In this document: positions 19,038 through 28,066 of the stretch, one piece after another
Layout: each line of letters begins with the position of its first letter
Position numbering within the stretch: position 1 is the stretch's first letter
From: an uncultured Clostridia bacterium
GTDB taxonomy: Bacteria; Bacillota; Clostridia; Christensenellales; UBA1242
Reading direction: 5' to 3'
NCBI GenBank assembly: GCA_944362545.1
Contig: CALVTJ010000005.1
Coordinates: 65,682-129,681, forward strand
DNA: 64,000 nt
The notes under the pieces: model-generated
What the model was told of the DNA's origin: nothing
What the model saw: only the letters and a program-made list of their open reading frames with translations
Databases searched by the model: none
Position numbers and translations under genes: made by a program

Positions 19038-20045
19038 TTATTTTTTATCCACAATAAATGTCTTTCCCCGAAAAGAAGAAAAGCCTGTCAAAATTTCATA
19101 TGGAATTGTCTGCAACTTTTCTGCAAAACCATCGGCATCATCCATGACAATCGCTACATCACCGGTTTTGACACTTTTATCAACCTGCACAAAAAAAGCA
19201 TCCATGCAAATATTTCCAATAGCCCTGTATGATTTTCCGTTGATTTTAACAGAAAATTTCCCGCTCAAACCTCTTCGCAACCCATCACCATACCCCACCG
19301 GCACAATGGCAACAAGAATATCCTTTTTTGCTTTAAATTTTGTTCCGTAACCGACAAATTGACCTTTTTTGACAAAGGCAATTTTTTCAATAAATGAACA
19401 AATTTTCATCACCGGTTTCAAATTTTTGTTTCCATAACCATAAAGGCCGAGCCCAACACGCACAATGTCAAAATCAAACGGATAATCAACAATATAGCTT
19501 CCACCAAAGCAAATTGGTGCATTTTGAGTTATTTCGGCACGCAATTTTTGAAAATCGTAATAGTTTTTCCATGTCAATTTTTTGTTTTCGGTGCAAGGAA
19601 AATGTGTGTAAATTGTCTTCAAATTTATTCTTTCTTCTTCCAAAATATCATTCAAAACTTTTGCCGACAAGACACTATTCACCCCAAATCTGTTCATACC
19701 ACAATTGATTTTCAAGTGCATATTATCTTTCAAACCATATTTCAAACATAGTCGCACATCCCTTTCATCTTCCACCATCACATCCAAATTGTGCCTTGCA
19801 CATTTTTTGAAATCATCAACTTTTGAACATACCAGAATCGGCGCTTGTGTCCATTTCCGCACCAAAACTGCCTCTTCAACATGAGCCACTCCAAAATAAA
19901 ACACCCTATCATCAAGAAGTTTAATTATCTGTTCCAGACCATGTCCATATGCATCCGCCTTCACCATTGCGCAAACCTTCTTTGCTGAAAAATATGAAAG
20001 ATTTTCAAGTAAATTTTCTTTATTCAATATTTTTAAATTTTTCAT
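19038..20045 (-). CDS. alr: Alanine racemase
   Basis: AMVKADAYGHG PLP-lysine motif. ATG 20043-20045 is chosen over the 36-codon basic N-extension in the track. No SD is seen, so the start is uncertain. Confidence 0.85.
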   Translation of the reverse strand: MKNLKILNKENLLENLSYFSAKKVCAMVKADAYGHGLEQIIKLLDDRVFYFGVAHVEEAVLVRKWTQAPILVCSKVDDFKKCARHNLDVMVEDERDVRLCLKYGLKDNMHLKINCGMNRFGVNSVLSAKVLNDILEEERINLKTIYTHFPCTENKKLTWKNYYDFQKLRAEITQNAPICFGGSYIVDYPFDFDIVRVGLGLYGYGNKNLKPVMKICSFIEKIAFVKKGQFVGYGTKFKAKKDILVAIVPVGYGDGLRRGLSGKFSVKINGKSYRAIGNICMDAFFVQVDKSVKTGDVAIVMDDADGFAEKLQTIPYEILTGFSSFRGKTFIVDKK

Positions 20046-20195
20046 AATATTATATATTTCACAGTAAAACAAAGCGTGAAAACTGCCTCTCCTGCGACAT
20101 ATTATATGTCGAAAAAAAATATTTTTTTTCGTTTTATTGGATTTTAATAACAACTTTGTCTATAATTTTAGTAAAATTTGAAGGAGGGGGAACAA

Positions 20196-20375
20196 ATGGA
20201 CAAACTTAAACGCGTGACACTGCGAATTCCACAGACTATGCAAAGCAAAATTCAATACACAGCCCAATATAATTGCCGAAGCGAAAACAAGGAAATTGAA
20301 ATGGCAATAAAACGATATTTAATTGATTTTGAAAGACTGCATGGAAATATAGAGACAAACCCGCAGAAAGAATAA
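20196..20375 (+). CDS. Arc/CopG-type ribbon-helix-helix DNA-binding protein
   Basis: 59 aa from ATG 20196 with a GGAGGGGG RBS. VTLRIPQTMQSKIQ...RSENKEIEMAIKRYL fits the strand-helix-helix pattern. Confidence 0.6.
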   Translation: MDKLKRVTLRIPQTMQSKIQYTAQYNCRSENKEIEMAIKRYLIDFERLHGNIETNPQKE

Positions 20376-20403
20376 AAATTTACATTAAAATAGAATTTTT
20401 TGA

Positions 20404-20432
20404 TTGACAAGAAAAAGAATGTGTTGTATAAT
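20404..20432 (+). promoter_or_regulatory. Consensus promoter for tRNA-Lys
   Basis: TTGACA (20404-20409), 17-nt spacer, TATAAT (20427-20432). Confidence 0.7.
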
Positions 20433-20491
20433 ACACATAGTTTTTCATTGCGCAAAGCAAGACATGAAATTACTGAAAAAATCGAAGATAT

Positions 20492-20567
20492 GGACTGCTA
20501 GCTCAGTTGGTAGAGCATCTGACTCTTAATCAGGGGGTCCAGGGTTCGAGCCCCTGGCAGTCCACCA
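20492..20567 (+). tRNA. tRNA-Lys (anticodon CTT), CCA encoded
   Basis: Manual cloverleaf. Acceptor GGACTGC/GCAGTCC, D arm GCTC-AGTTGGTA-GAGC, anticodon loop CTCTTAA, T arm CAGGG-TTCGAGC-CCCTG, discriminator A, CCA. Confidence 0.93.
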
Positions 20568-20629
20568 CACAGGTCTAAATAAGAACCTTTCACATTTTTT
20601 TCTTCCATGAACGGTTCGTGATGCCAATC

Positions 20630-20664
20630 AAAAAAGCAGACAAATAGCACTTGTCTGTTTTTTT
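20630..20664 (+). terminator. Intrinsic terminator after tRNA-Lys
   Basis: Stem GCAGACAA / TTGTCTG, then TTTTTTT. Confidence 0.7.
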
Positions 20665-20836
20665 ACAAACAAAAGTGATAAACAAAATTAAAAAATTTTT
20701 TAACAAAAAATTTACTTAAAATATTTTAATTTTGTTTTGTATTTATCATTCTTTGTGTTAAAATGAATTGAAAGAGTAAATCTAACATTATTTCCTTATT
20801 TTTAGATTTCTTAAATTTATTCATTTGGAGAAAATC

Positions 20837-22039
20837 ATGATTATAACATTGGTGACTGACCAATTCTATCAAAGCAACCATGGAACATCTGTTTCTGCAC
20901 AACGCTTTTACAATGGACTCATCAAAAGAGGCCACACAGTAAGAGTTTTGTCAATTGATGAAGGCAACAACACTGCCTATGCTCTCAAGGAGCGCTATTT
21001 TGGCAAGCCGATAAATGACATTATAAACTCACAGGGTTTTCAACTTGCAAAGCCAGATAAAGACACAATCAAGCGCGCTATTGAAGGTGCGGATATTGTC
21101 CATGTCTATATGCCTTTCAAACTTGGCTACAAAACCATTGAAATGTGCCGAGAAATGAACATTCCGTGCACCGCTGGTTTCCATATTATTCCAGAAAATA
21201 TCACCTCCACCCTATACATGAACAAAGTGGAGCTTGTCAACTCTTCACTTTGGGAGAAATTTAAAAATTGCACATACAGATATATCAAACACATTCACTG
21301 TCCTTCTTTGATGGTGGCAAATCTTTTGATGGAGCACAACTTCAATTCTGTTTTGCATGTCATCTCAAATGGCTACAATGACAGTTTTAAAGTGATTGAA
21401 AATGAACAAAAGCCTTCCATCTTCAAAAACAAGTTTGTCATCACATTTATCGGACGTTTCTCTCGAGAGAAAAGACATGACTTGATCATCAAGGCAGTTC
21501 AAGAAAGCAAATACGCCAACAAGATCCAACTTGTCTTCGGCGGAAAGGGTCCAATCAAAAAACATATCATGAACATGGCAGAAGATTTGCCTATCTACCC
21601 ATTTTTCAGTTTCTTCACAACCGAGCAACTTGTATCTCTTCTCAATTTTTCCGACCTTTATATCCATCCTGCTGATATTGAAGTGGAAGGTATGAGTTGC
21701 ATAGAGGCCATAGCCTGCGGATGTGTGCCAATTGTTTCCAACAGTCCAAAAAGTGCGACACCACAGTTCACTGTTCATGAAATGAGCATTTTTGAGCATG
21801 GAGATTATCATGACCTTGCAAAGAAAATTGATTGGTGGATAGAACACCCAGAAGAACTCAAAGCACAGAGAAAAGTTGTTGCCGAACATGCTCTTCGGTT
21901 TTCAATTGACAGAAGCATGGATTATTACATTGACATGTTCAATTCTGCAATTAAAGATTTTGATAAAGATTATGATGGGAAAAACAAGAAAAAGGCTATA
22001 GAACCAAAAATTGTCAATTACTATCAGCAAAAGAAATAA
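20837..22039 (+). CDS. GT4 (group 1, GT-B fold) glycosyltransferase, possibly a glycolipid synthase
   Basis: Start at ATG 20837 after GGAGAAAATC. FIGRFSREKRHD and EGMSCIEAIACG regions are typical of GT4 enzymes. Confidence 0.8.
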   Translation: MIITLVTDQFYQSNHGTSVSAQRFYNGLIKRGHTVRVLSIDEGNNTAYALKERYFGKPINDIINSQGFQLAKPDKDTIKRAIEGADIVHVYMPFKLGYKTIEMCREMNIPCTAGFHIIPENITSTLYMNKVELVNSSLWEKFKNCTYRYIKHIHCPSLMVANLLMEHNFNSVLHVISNGYNDSFKVIENEQKPSIFKNKFVITFIGRFSREKRHDLIIKAVQESKYANKIQLVFGGKGPIKKHIMNMAEDLPIYPFFSFFTTEQLVSLLNFSDLYIHPADIEVEGMSCIEAIACGCVPIVSNSPKSATPQFTVHEMSIFEHGDYHDLAKKIDWWIEHPEELKAQRKVVAEHALRFSIDRSMDYYIDMFNSAIKDFDKDYDGKNKKKAIEPKIVNYYQQKK

Positions 22040-22040
22040 T

Positions 22041-22069
22041 AAAAAAGTCACATTTTGTGACTTTTTTTT
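22041..22069. terminator. Bidirectional intrinsic terminator
   Basis: AAAAAAGTCACA-TTTT-GTGACTTTTTT palindrome. Confidence 0.75.
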
Positions 22070-22160
22070 ATTTCTTGCACAAAAAATCGCATACGGGACT
22101 GCTTTTTTTGTGCATATCTCCTGAAGTTCATATTTATATCAATCTCTTTTCCTAAAAAAG

Positions 22161-23615
22161 TTATTGAAAAACAACTTTCCCGTTTATCCACGCATCGAAA
22201 AAACTTTCAAGATTTGTATGTGTGCTTTTGCAAAAACTTTCAATCAGTTTTTCTGGTGATGAGTTTTGGAATTTATATGTTTTAAAATAGTCTCTTAAAC
22301 ATGCAAAAAATTTTTTGTCGTTCATGCTTTGTCTAACTTGATTGAAAAGCAACATCCCTTTGGTGTAAACACAATTTACATATTCAGGCTCGGTGTCAAA
22401 TTCATTCAAATTCCTGTTCATACTCTCATCTACACTACCCAAAATGTCTGAATAGATTTTGGCAAAATTTTTGTATGTTTGCAATGCGTTGTCCATGATT
22501 TGATCATAATCAAGTCCATATTCCTGATGTCTTTCAAAAAACAGTGCTGTGGAAAATTCTGTCAGCCCCTCATCAATCCACGAATCTTCAAATTCATTGT
22601 TTCCCACCATGCCATACCACCATTGATGTGCAATCTCATGCACAATGACATAATTGTCCGTTTCACTGCTGTCAAGGTCATCTGAAATCATCACTAAATT
22701 TGGATATTCCATTCCGCCAAAGCAAAAATTTGTCTTAACAACCGACAATTGACTGTATGGATAATCCCCAAAAAGTTCTTCAAAGGTAGCAAGGGCGTTT
22801 GTCGCCGTTTGCAGATGTTCCTGAGCATTTTCATCATCGTAAAAATAATATCTCACTTCGGTATCGCCAACCATTTCTTTTAGCATTTCAAATTTGGCGG
22901 ACAGCACAAAACAGAAATCTCGCACATTTTCGGCACGATATTTTGCAACAATTTGGTTGTCTTTCTTCTCGCTTTCAATTTGCTCGCCTGTGCTGGCAAT
23001 CACAAATTCATTTGGATAGGTTATATTAACTTCAAAATTTGCAATGTCACTGTAAAACGGGTCACCACTTGGCGAAAAATCGTTTTTGACAAATCCCCGC
23101 CCATCTTCATAAACACAGACAATTGGGAAGAAACTTCCAAAATTTACAGCATTATTGCCATATCCAAGTCTATGATTTATATTTGCAAGATCTACAACAT
23201 ATTCCAAATCCACCACAACACTTTCATTGGGAAAAAGTTCTTTTTCAAGCATGATTGTCAAGATGTTTTTTGCATCGCTAACCAAAAAATCACTATCCGT
23301 GCCATTGATTTTGATACACTTCATATCAATACTCCCAAAACTTTGTCCATTTGGATATGCTCGATTTTCGTAAGAAGTTGGAACAACTCTTTTTCCTTCT
23401 TCAAATGAATTTGCATACAAGAAAAAACAAAGTTCATCAATGGCATTGTTTGAATTGTTGACATATGTCACTGTTTGCTGGCAAGATAAAGAATGATTTT
23501 GTTCATCATAAACAGCATCAATGATGTATGAATTTAATTGTTTTTCTTGCCCACATCCTACCAGACACAATGGCAGAAAACATATAAAAATAAAAAGAAA
23601 CCCTAGTTTTTTCAT
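22161..23615 (-). CDS. M1-family zinc metallopeptidase, lipoprotein
   Basis: Lipobox LVGC. HEIAHQWWYG...WIDEGLTEF gives HExxH-X18-E. Confidence 0.85.
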   Translation of the reverse strand: MKKLGFLFIFICFLPLCLVGCGQEKQLNSYIIDAVYDEQNHSLSCQQTVTYVNNSNNAIDELCFFLYANSFEEGKRVVPTSYENRAYPNGQSFGSIDMKCIKINGTDSDFLVSDAKNILTIMLEKELFPNESVVVDLEYVVDLANINHRLGYGNNAVNFGSFFPIVCVYEDGRGFVKNDFSPSGDPFYSDIANFEVNITYPNEFVIASTGEQIESEKKDNQIVAKYRAENVRDFCFVLSAKFEMLKEMVGDTEVRYYFYDDENAQEHLQTATNALATFEELFGDYPYSQLSVVKTNFCFGGMEYPNLVMISDDLDSSETDNYVIVHEIAHQWWYGMVGNNEFEDSWIDEGLTEFSTALFFERHQEYGLDYDQIMDNALQTYKNFAKIYSDILGSVDESMNRNLNEFDTEPEYVNCVYTKGMLLFNQVRQSMNDKKFFACLRDYFKTYKFQNSSPEKLIESFCKSTHTNLESFFDAWINGKVVFQ

Positions 23616-23723
23616 AGAATAACTTATTCACACAAATCACAAATCATGTCTAAATCTGTCCACAAAAAGTTGTAAAAACGGAGATTTTGTGCTATCATAC
23701 TTTGGTAAACACTAGGAGGAAAA

Positions 23724-25169
23724 ATGGCTTTTTGTAAATATTCAATTGACATGTTGGCAAACAACACCACCGCTGTTGACAACATTTTTATAAATAATTA
23801 TCTTCCATACGCTGATGCAATATATGTCAAGGTCTATCTCTATGGACTTTACAAATGCCAAGACAGCAACAGTCGAGACAACACCCTTGAAAATTTTTCA
23901 AACGAACTCAATCTTTCACAAGATGATGTGGAAAAGGCGTTTTATTATTGGCAAGAACAAGGACTTGTGCAAATTTTGAATGTCATTCCGTTTGAGGTAC
24001 GCTATTTGCCGATAAGTGATGTTCTAAACAACACAAAAAAATATAATGCCAAAAAATATCAATCATTCAACGCACAAGCACAAGAAATTTTGAGCGGAAG
24101 AATGATTACTCCAAATGAATATCGTGAATATTACGACATCATAGAGCGCTTGCATATGGAAAAGGATGCTCTTTTGATGATCATAAATTATTGTGTTAAC
24201 ATCAAAGGCAACAATGTCGGATATGCATATATTACCACCATTGCAAAAGATTGGGCAAATCAAAAAATCACCACTGCAAAGCAAGTGGAAGAAAGGCTTG
24301 TTCAATTTGAAAATCTCCAAACCGGCATGGAATATCTTTTGAAACTGATGGGAAGTAAGCGCCTGCCAAACATCGAAGAACGCACCCTATATCAAAAATG
24401 GATAGAACAGGGCTTTGATGATGAAGTGCTCACATTTGTTGCAAAAAAATTGAAAACAAAAAGTAAGGCAGGTTTTCAATACATGGACATTGTGCTGGAA
24501 AAGTATTATGCTAACAAACTTTTTTCTGTCAGTGAAATTGAACTTTTTGAAGCCGAAAAGACAAAAGCTACGCAAATTGCCAAAAAAATCACGAAAAATT
24601 TGGGGCTTTATTACGAAAATCTCGAACCTGTGGTGGAAAATTATATCTTCGTGTGGCTGAACATGGGGTTTACAGAAAAAATATTGGAAGAAGTTTCAAA
24701 TTACTGTTTCAAAACCAATGTTCGCACTCTTGAGGGCATGAACAAAGCTTTAGAAAAATTCCATAAACTTGGCATTTTGACCGACAAAGCACTAAATGAA
24801 TATTTTGATGAAGTGCTCTCTGTTGACAAAAAAATCAAAACCATTTTGGAAAACATCGGGCTTTCACGCAATGTCAACCAATTTGACCGAGATAAATACA
24901 AGATTTGGACAGAAGTTTGGAAACTGCCTAATGATGTGATTGACTATGCCTGCACTCTTGCCATCGGCAAAGACCAACCTATGCAATATCTGTCCGGCAT
25001 CCTGTCATCTTTCCATGACAAAAACATCAAAACAGTGGAAGATGCCAAAAATTCTTTTGACATTCAATCGACAAAAGATACAAAAAAGTCCAACTTCTCC
25101 ACAAAACGCAATTATTCTCGAGAGGAGATGAACTCACTCTTTCAATCAATTGATGAAATTGAAATTTAA
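23724..25169 (+). CDS. DnaD-domain replication initiation / membrane attachment protein (Bacillus DnaB/DnaD family)
   Basis: 481 aa, helical, with repeated DnaD-type C-terminal modules (ITTIAKDWANQKITT; LSGILSSFHDKNIKT). It lies directly upstream of dnaI, as in the Bacillus dnaB-dnaI pair. AGGAGG RBS. Confidence 0.75.
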   Translation: MAFCKYSIDMLANNTTAVDNIFINNYLPYADAIYVKVYLYGLYKCQDSNSRDNTLENFSNELNLSQDDVEKAFYYWQEQGLVQILNVIPFEVRYLPISDVLNNTKKYNAKKYQSFNAQAQEILSGRMITPNEYREYYDIIERLHMEKDALLMIINYCVNIKGNNVGYAYITTIAKDWANQKITTAKQVEERLVQFENLQTGMEYLLKLMGSKRLPNIEERTLYQKWIEQGFDDEVLTFVAKKLKTKSKAGFQYMDIVLEKYYANKLFSVSEIELFEAEKTKATQIAKKITKNLGLYYENLEPVVENYIFVWLNMGFTEKILEEVSNYCFKTNVRTLEGMNKALEKFHKLGILTDKALNEYFDEVLSVDKKIKTILENIGLSRNVNQFDRDKYKIWTEVWKLPNDVIDYACTLAIGKDQPMQYLSGILSSFHDKNIKTVEDAKNSFDIQSTKDTKKSNFSTKRNYSREEMNSLFQSIDEIEI

Positions 25170-25184
25170 TCAACAGGAGAAACC

Positions 25185-26075
25185 ATGAAGCAAATTATCA
25201 TCCAAAAAGCACTTTCAAACATACATTCTGAAAAAAACAAACATCAAGAAGAATATGCTTGCAAGATGCATGACCTTTTTGCAGACAAAAACTATGAAAA
25301 ACTGGACAAAGAACTGACAAAAACTGTCATTGAAAATGCACGAAAACAGGCAAACAATCTTCCGCCTGACATAAAAAAAGAAAAGGAACTCCAACAAAAG
25401 ATTGAAACTTTAAAAAAGCAATATCATCTTGAAAATGTGCAAATGGAATACTCCTGTCCATTATGCAAAGATGCAGGATACATTGATGGACAGATGTGCA
25501 AATGCCTCAAAAAAGAAGTGTCAAATTTACTTTTGAAAGAAAGTGGATTTGAAAATTTGGAAGACTTTTCACAAGCAATCAAAACAAGCGGAAAACTTGA
25601 AGAATGTTTTTCACTCATGAAAAAGTGGTGCCACAGTGATTTTAAGAAAAACCTAATTTACATTTCAGGCCCGACCGGAGTTGGCAAAACTCACCTTGTC
25701 AAATGCATGGCAAAAGAACTCATCGAGCGGGGAAAATTTGTCAAGATTGTCACCGCCTTTGCCATGAACCAAGATTTCAAAGAGTTTAGCAGAAAGCATG
25801 ATGATGAACTGTTAAACAAGTATCTTGAATGTGAAATTTTGTTTGTTGATGATTTAGGCACAGAACCGCTTTACAGAAATGTGACAGTGGAATATCTGTA
25901 TCTTATCATCAACGAAAGAAAAATGAAAAAACTGCCAACAGTTATCACCAGCAATCTTGATTTGTCAGATTTGATGGACAGATATGATGAGCGCATCTCT
26001 TCTCGCATCATTGACAGACAAACTTCCATCACAATTTATATGGATGGACAAGACAGAAGATTGAAAAATAAATAA
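25185..26075 (+). CDS. dnaI: Primosomal helicase loader DnaI
   Basis: Zn motif CPLCKDAGY...CKC, Walker A GPTGVGKTHL and Walker B LFVDDLG. Confidence 0.85.
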   Translation: MKQIIIQKALSNIHSEKNKHQEEYACKMHDLFADKNYEKLDKELTKTVIENARKQANNLPPDIKKEKELQQKIETLKKQYHLENVQMEYSCPLCKDAGYIDGQMCKCLKKEVSNLLLKESGFENLEDFSQAIKTSGKLEECFSLMKKWCHSDFKKNLIYISGPTGVGKTHLVKCMAKELIERGKFVKIVTAFAMNQDFKEFSRKHDDELLNKYLECEILFVDDLGTEPLYRNVTVEYLYLIINERKMKKLPTVITSNLDLSDLMDRYDERISSRIIDRQTSITIYMDGQDRRLKNK

Positions 26076-26098
26076 AAATCATTTGAAAATAAAAAAAT

Positions 26099-26145
26099 AT
26101 AGACAAAAATATTAAAAATTCAATATTCTTGTCTATTTTTTATTT
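26099..26145 (+). terminator. Intrinsic terminator after dnaI
   Basis: Stem ATAGACAA...TTGTCTAT (with inner AATATT/AATATT), then a T-run. Confidence 0.65.
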
Positions 26146-26316
26146 TTTTTATATTTTTATCAAAAATTTATACTATTTTGTCAAATATCGCTAAACAAAC
26201 GGCAAATAAACACATGGAAAATTTCACAAAAAACTTTATTTGTTATTTTTAGCATATTTTTTTTGTATTTTCCCGATTTCATTATAAATTTAATTTTTTT
26301 CTACAAAAAACCAATT

Positions 26317-26928
26317 TTATCTACTCAAAAATTTTATCCATAGTTTAGCAACTCTATCCTGCGTTTCTTTAGAATTGTCTTGTCCATGCCCAGAGTGCAT
26401 GACAACATAATCACTGTTCACAAAAAATTCAAGGCTGGATTTCATCATCTTTTTGTCTCCACCATAAAGGTCTACTCTGCCCATGTCCCTGCCAATCAAT
26501 AGGTCTCCGACAAAAATGTTCTCATCGACAAAATAACACATATCGCTCTTGCTGTGGCCGCCAAGTTGTTTGTATTTCACTTCAAAACTGCCAAGGTTTA
26601 CTTTGCCACTGTCACCTAAAAAGACAAAATTTGAAAAATCAGTAATTTTCAATTTACCTTCACTGTAATTGTAATCAGGATTGCTCAAATATTCCTTAAT
26701 CTTTTCGCTTGCATAGATTTTGCAACAAAACATCTTTTGATATTTTTCTGCATAATAGCAATGGTCGTAATGCCCGTGTGTCAAAAAGATAGCCTCCACC
26801 TTTTTGCCTCCAACCTTTGCCTTGATTGTCTTGTCATCCACCCCTGCATCGACAATTATACATGAATTTTCATGTGTAATAACAAAAACATTGCTGTCAA
26901 TCAGTTTGCTTTCTATTCTTTCAATCAT
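26317..26928 (-). CDS. MBL-fold metallo-hydrolase
   Basis: THGHYDHC motif. The start is moved to MIERIESK (GGAG RBS) because the longer track ORF overlaps the tRNA-Trp promoter. Confidence 0.8.
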   Translation of the reverse strand: MIERIESKLIDSNVFVITHENSCIIVDAGVDDKTIKAKVGGKKVEAIFLTHGHYDHCYYAEKYQKMFCCKIYASEKIKEYLSNPDYNYSEGKLKITDFSNFVFLGDSGKVNLGSFEVKYKQLGGHSKSDMCYFVDENIFVGDLLIGRDMGRVDLYGGDKKMMKSSLEFFVNSDYVVMHSGHGQDNSKETQDRVAKLWIKFLSR

Positions 26929-27014
26929 TTTTTCTACTCCAACGAATAGTATAGCAACAATATTTTTTTTAAGCAAACAAAAAGCAAAATTTCCACACAA
27001 TCGGCACAAATTTA

Positions 27015-27043
27015 TTGACACGAGAGCCAAATTATAGTAAAAT
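27015..27043 (+). promoter_or_regulatory. Promoter for tRNA-Trp
   Basis: TTGACA (27015-27020), 17-nt spacer, TAAAAT (27038-27043). Confidence 0.65.
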
Positions 27044-27061
27044 AAAAAAGCATTTACATCT

Positions 27062-27135
27062 AGGGGTGTAGTTCATCGGTAGAATGAGAGTCTCCAAAAC
27101 TCCAGAGGAGGGTTCGATTCCTTCCACCCCTGCCA
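27062..27135 (+). tRNA. tRNA-Trp (anticodon CCA), CCA encoded
   Basis: Manual cloverleaf. Acceptor AGGGGTG/CACCCCT, anticodon loop CTCCAAA, T arm GAGGG-TTCGATT-CCTTC, discriminator G, CCA. Confidence 0.9.
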
Positions 27136-27217
27136 AAGAAATTATACTATGGTGAAATCGAACCTTTGGTTCGACCCTATCGGGCAGACCGCGAACAAGT
27201 CGCTCCCGGCTTTAGCT

Positions 27218-27246
27218 AAAAACAAGCACACAGGCTTGTTTTTTTA
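27218..27246 (+). terminator. Intrinsic terminator about 85 nt downstream of tRNA-Trp
   Basis: Stem AACAAGC (27221-27227) pairs with GCTTGTT (27234-27240), then TTTTT. Confidence 0.7.
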
Positions 27247-27255
27247 CGCATCATC

Positions 27256-27269
27256 CCTTCCACCCCTGC
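27256..27269 (+). repeat. Direct repeat of the tRNA-Trp 3' end (att-like)
   Basis: CCTTCCACCCCTGC at 27256-27269 is identical to tRNA positions 27120-27133. Confidence 0.8.
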
Positions 27270-27332
27270 TAATAAAAAAGAATGCTGCATCATAACATCA
27301 TTCTTTTTTATTGGTATAATCAAAAATCATCA

Positions 27333-27578
27333 CTATTGATTCTTTTCTTGATTTCTTCTATATTTGCAACCAAGGTCAAGCATACCTTTGGAGATGATTG
27401 GCGAAATGATAAGCCAAATCGCTGCCAGTGCAATCAAAACATAAATAGCAATTGCCCAGCCGTTTCGATAGCCCATGCATATCCATGTGACAAGGTCAAA
27501 ATCAAAAATGCCGACAAGCCCCCAGTTCAACGCCCCAATCAATGTCAGGATATAAGCAATATAGTTTGCTATAATCAT
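27333..27578 (-). CDS. DUF378-family small membrane protein
   Basis: 81 aa with GALNWGLVGIFDFDLV. AAGGAGGGG RBS. Confidence 0.8.
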   Translation of the reverse strand: MIIANYIAYILTLIGALNWGLVGIFDFDLVTWICMGYRNGWAIAIYVLIALAAIWLIISPIISKGMLDLGCKYRRNQEKNQ

Positions 27579-27685
27579 GTTTCCCCTCCTTTTAACCTTA
27601 TTGTGTCAAAAAGAGTGGCAAATATGCACATGCAAACAGAATTAACTTTGAATGTCAAACCACAAGGATAGAAGAAAAATCAATT

Positions 27686-27949
27686 TTACCAATTTTTCTT
27701 CTCTTTTGTTGTGTCATGTTGGTCTCTGCGAACTGCAACAATTTGGTCAAACCATTCAACCATCTTTGGATCTTGATGATTGAAGAAAAGGCTGTCCTTC
27801 GTGTCAAGAGATTTGATTTTTTGCATATCATCTTCACTTAATGAAAAATCAAAAACATCAAAATTTTCCTGGATTCTGTTCAAATGTGTGGATTTGCAAA
27901 CAACTATAACCCCTCTTTGAATGAGCCAACGCAAAATAACTTGTGCCAA
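27686..27949 (-). pseudogene. 3' remnant of an aldo/keto reductase gene
   Basis: AQVILRWLIQRGVIVVCKS...RIQENFDVFDFSLSEDDMQKIKSLD matches only the last ~85 residues of AKR enzymes. Only 117 nt of non-coding DNA (carrying the era terminator) lies upstream. Confidence 0.7.
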
Positions 27950-27974
27950 GGCTTGACTTGCTATTCAACTTGTC

Positions 27975-28008
27975 AATAAAAAATAGTGGAGATCTTTCTT
28001 CACTATTT
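27975..28008 (-). terminator. Intrinsic terminator after era
   Basis: Minus strand stem AATAGTG...CACTATT, then TTTTTAT. Confidence 0.6.
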
Positions 28009-28066
28009 TCTTGTTGGTATCATGATTTGAAAGGGCATTTGTTGAAAATCTTGTTTTCAAAACAAA

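Noticed and set aside
20376-20836. Integrase or mobile element next to tRNA-Lys, and likewise next to tRNA-Trp at 26929-27332
   Set aside because: No integrase, transposase or phage ORF is present on either strand. Only promoters, terminators and short spacers are found. The only trace is the 14-nt repeat at tRNA-Trp, reported separately.
26076-26316. 240-nt AT-rich spacer between the convergent dnaI and MBL genes, checked for an sRNA or small ORF
   Set aside because: Only the dnaI terminator is convincing. The candidate 15-codon ORF lacks an SD, and no promoter-terminator pair is evident.
27154-27306. 50-codon ORF (MVKSNLWFDPIGQT...) in the tRNA-Trp trailer
   Set aside because: It has no SD and it reads through a terminator and the att-like repeat. 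It shows no recognisable similarity to anything.
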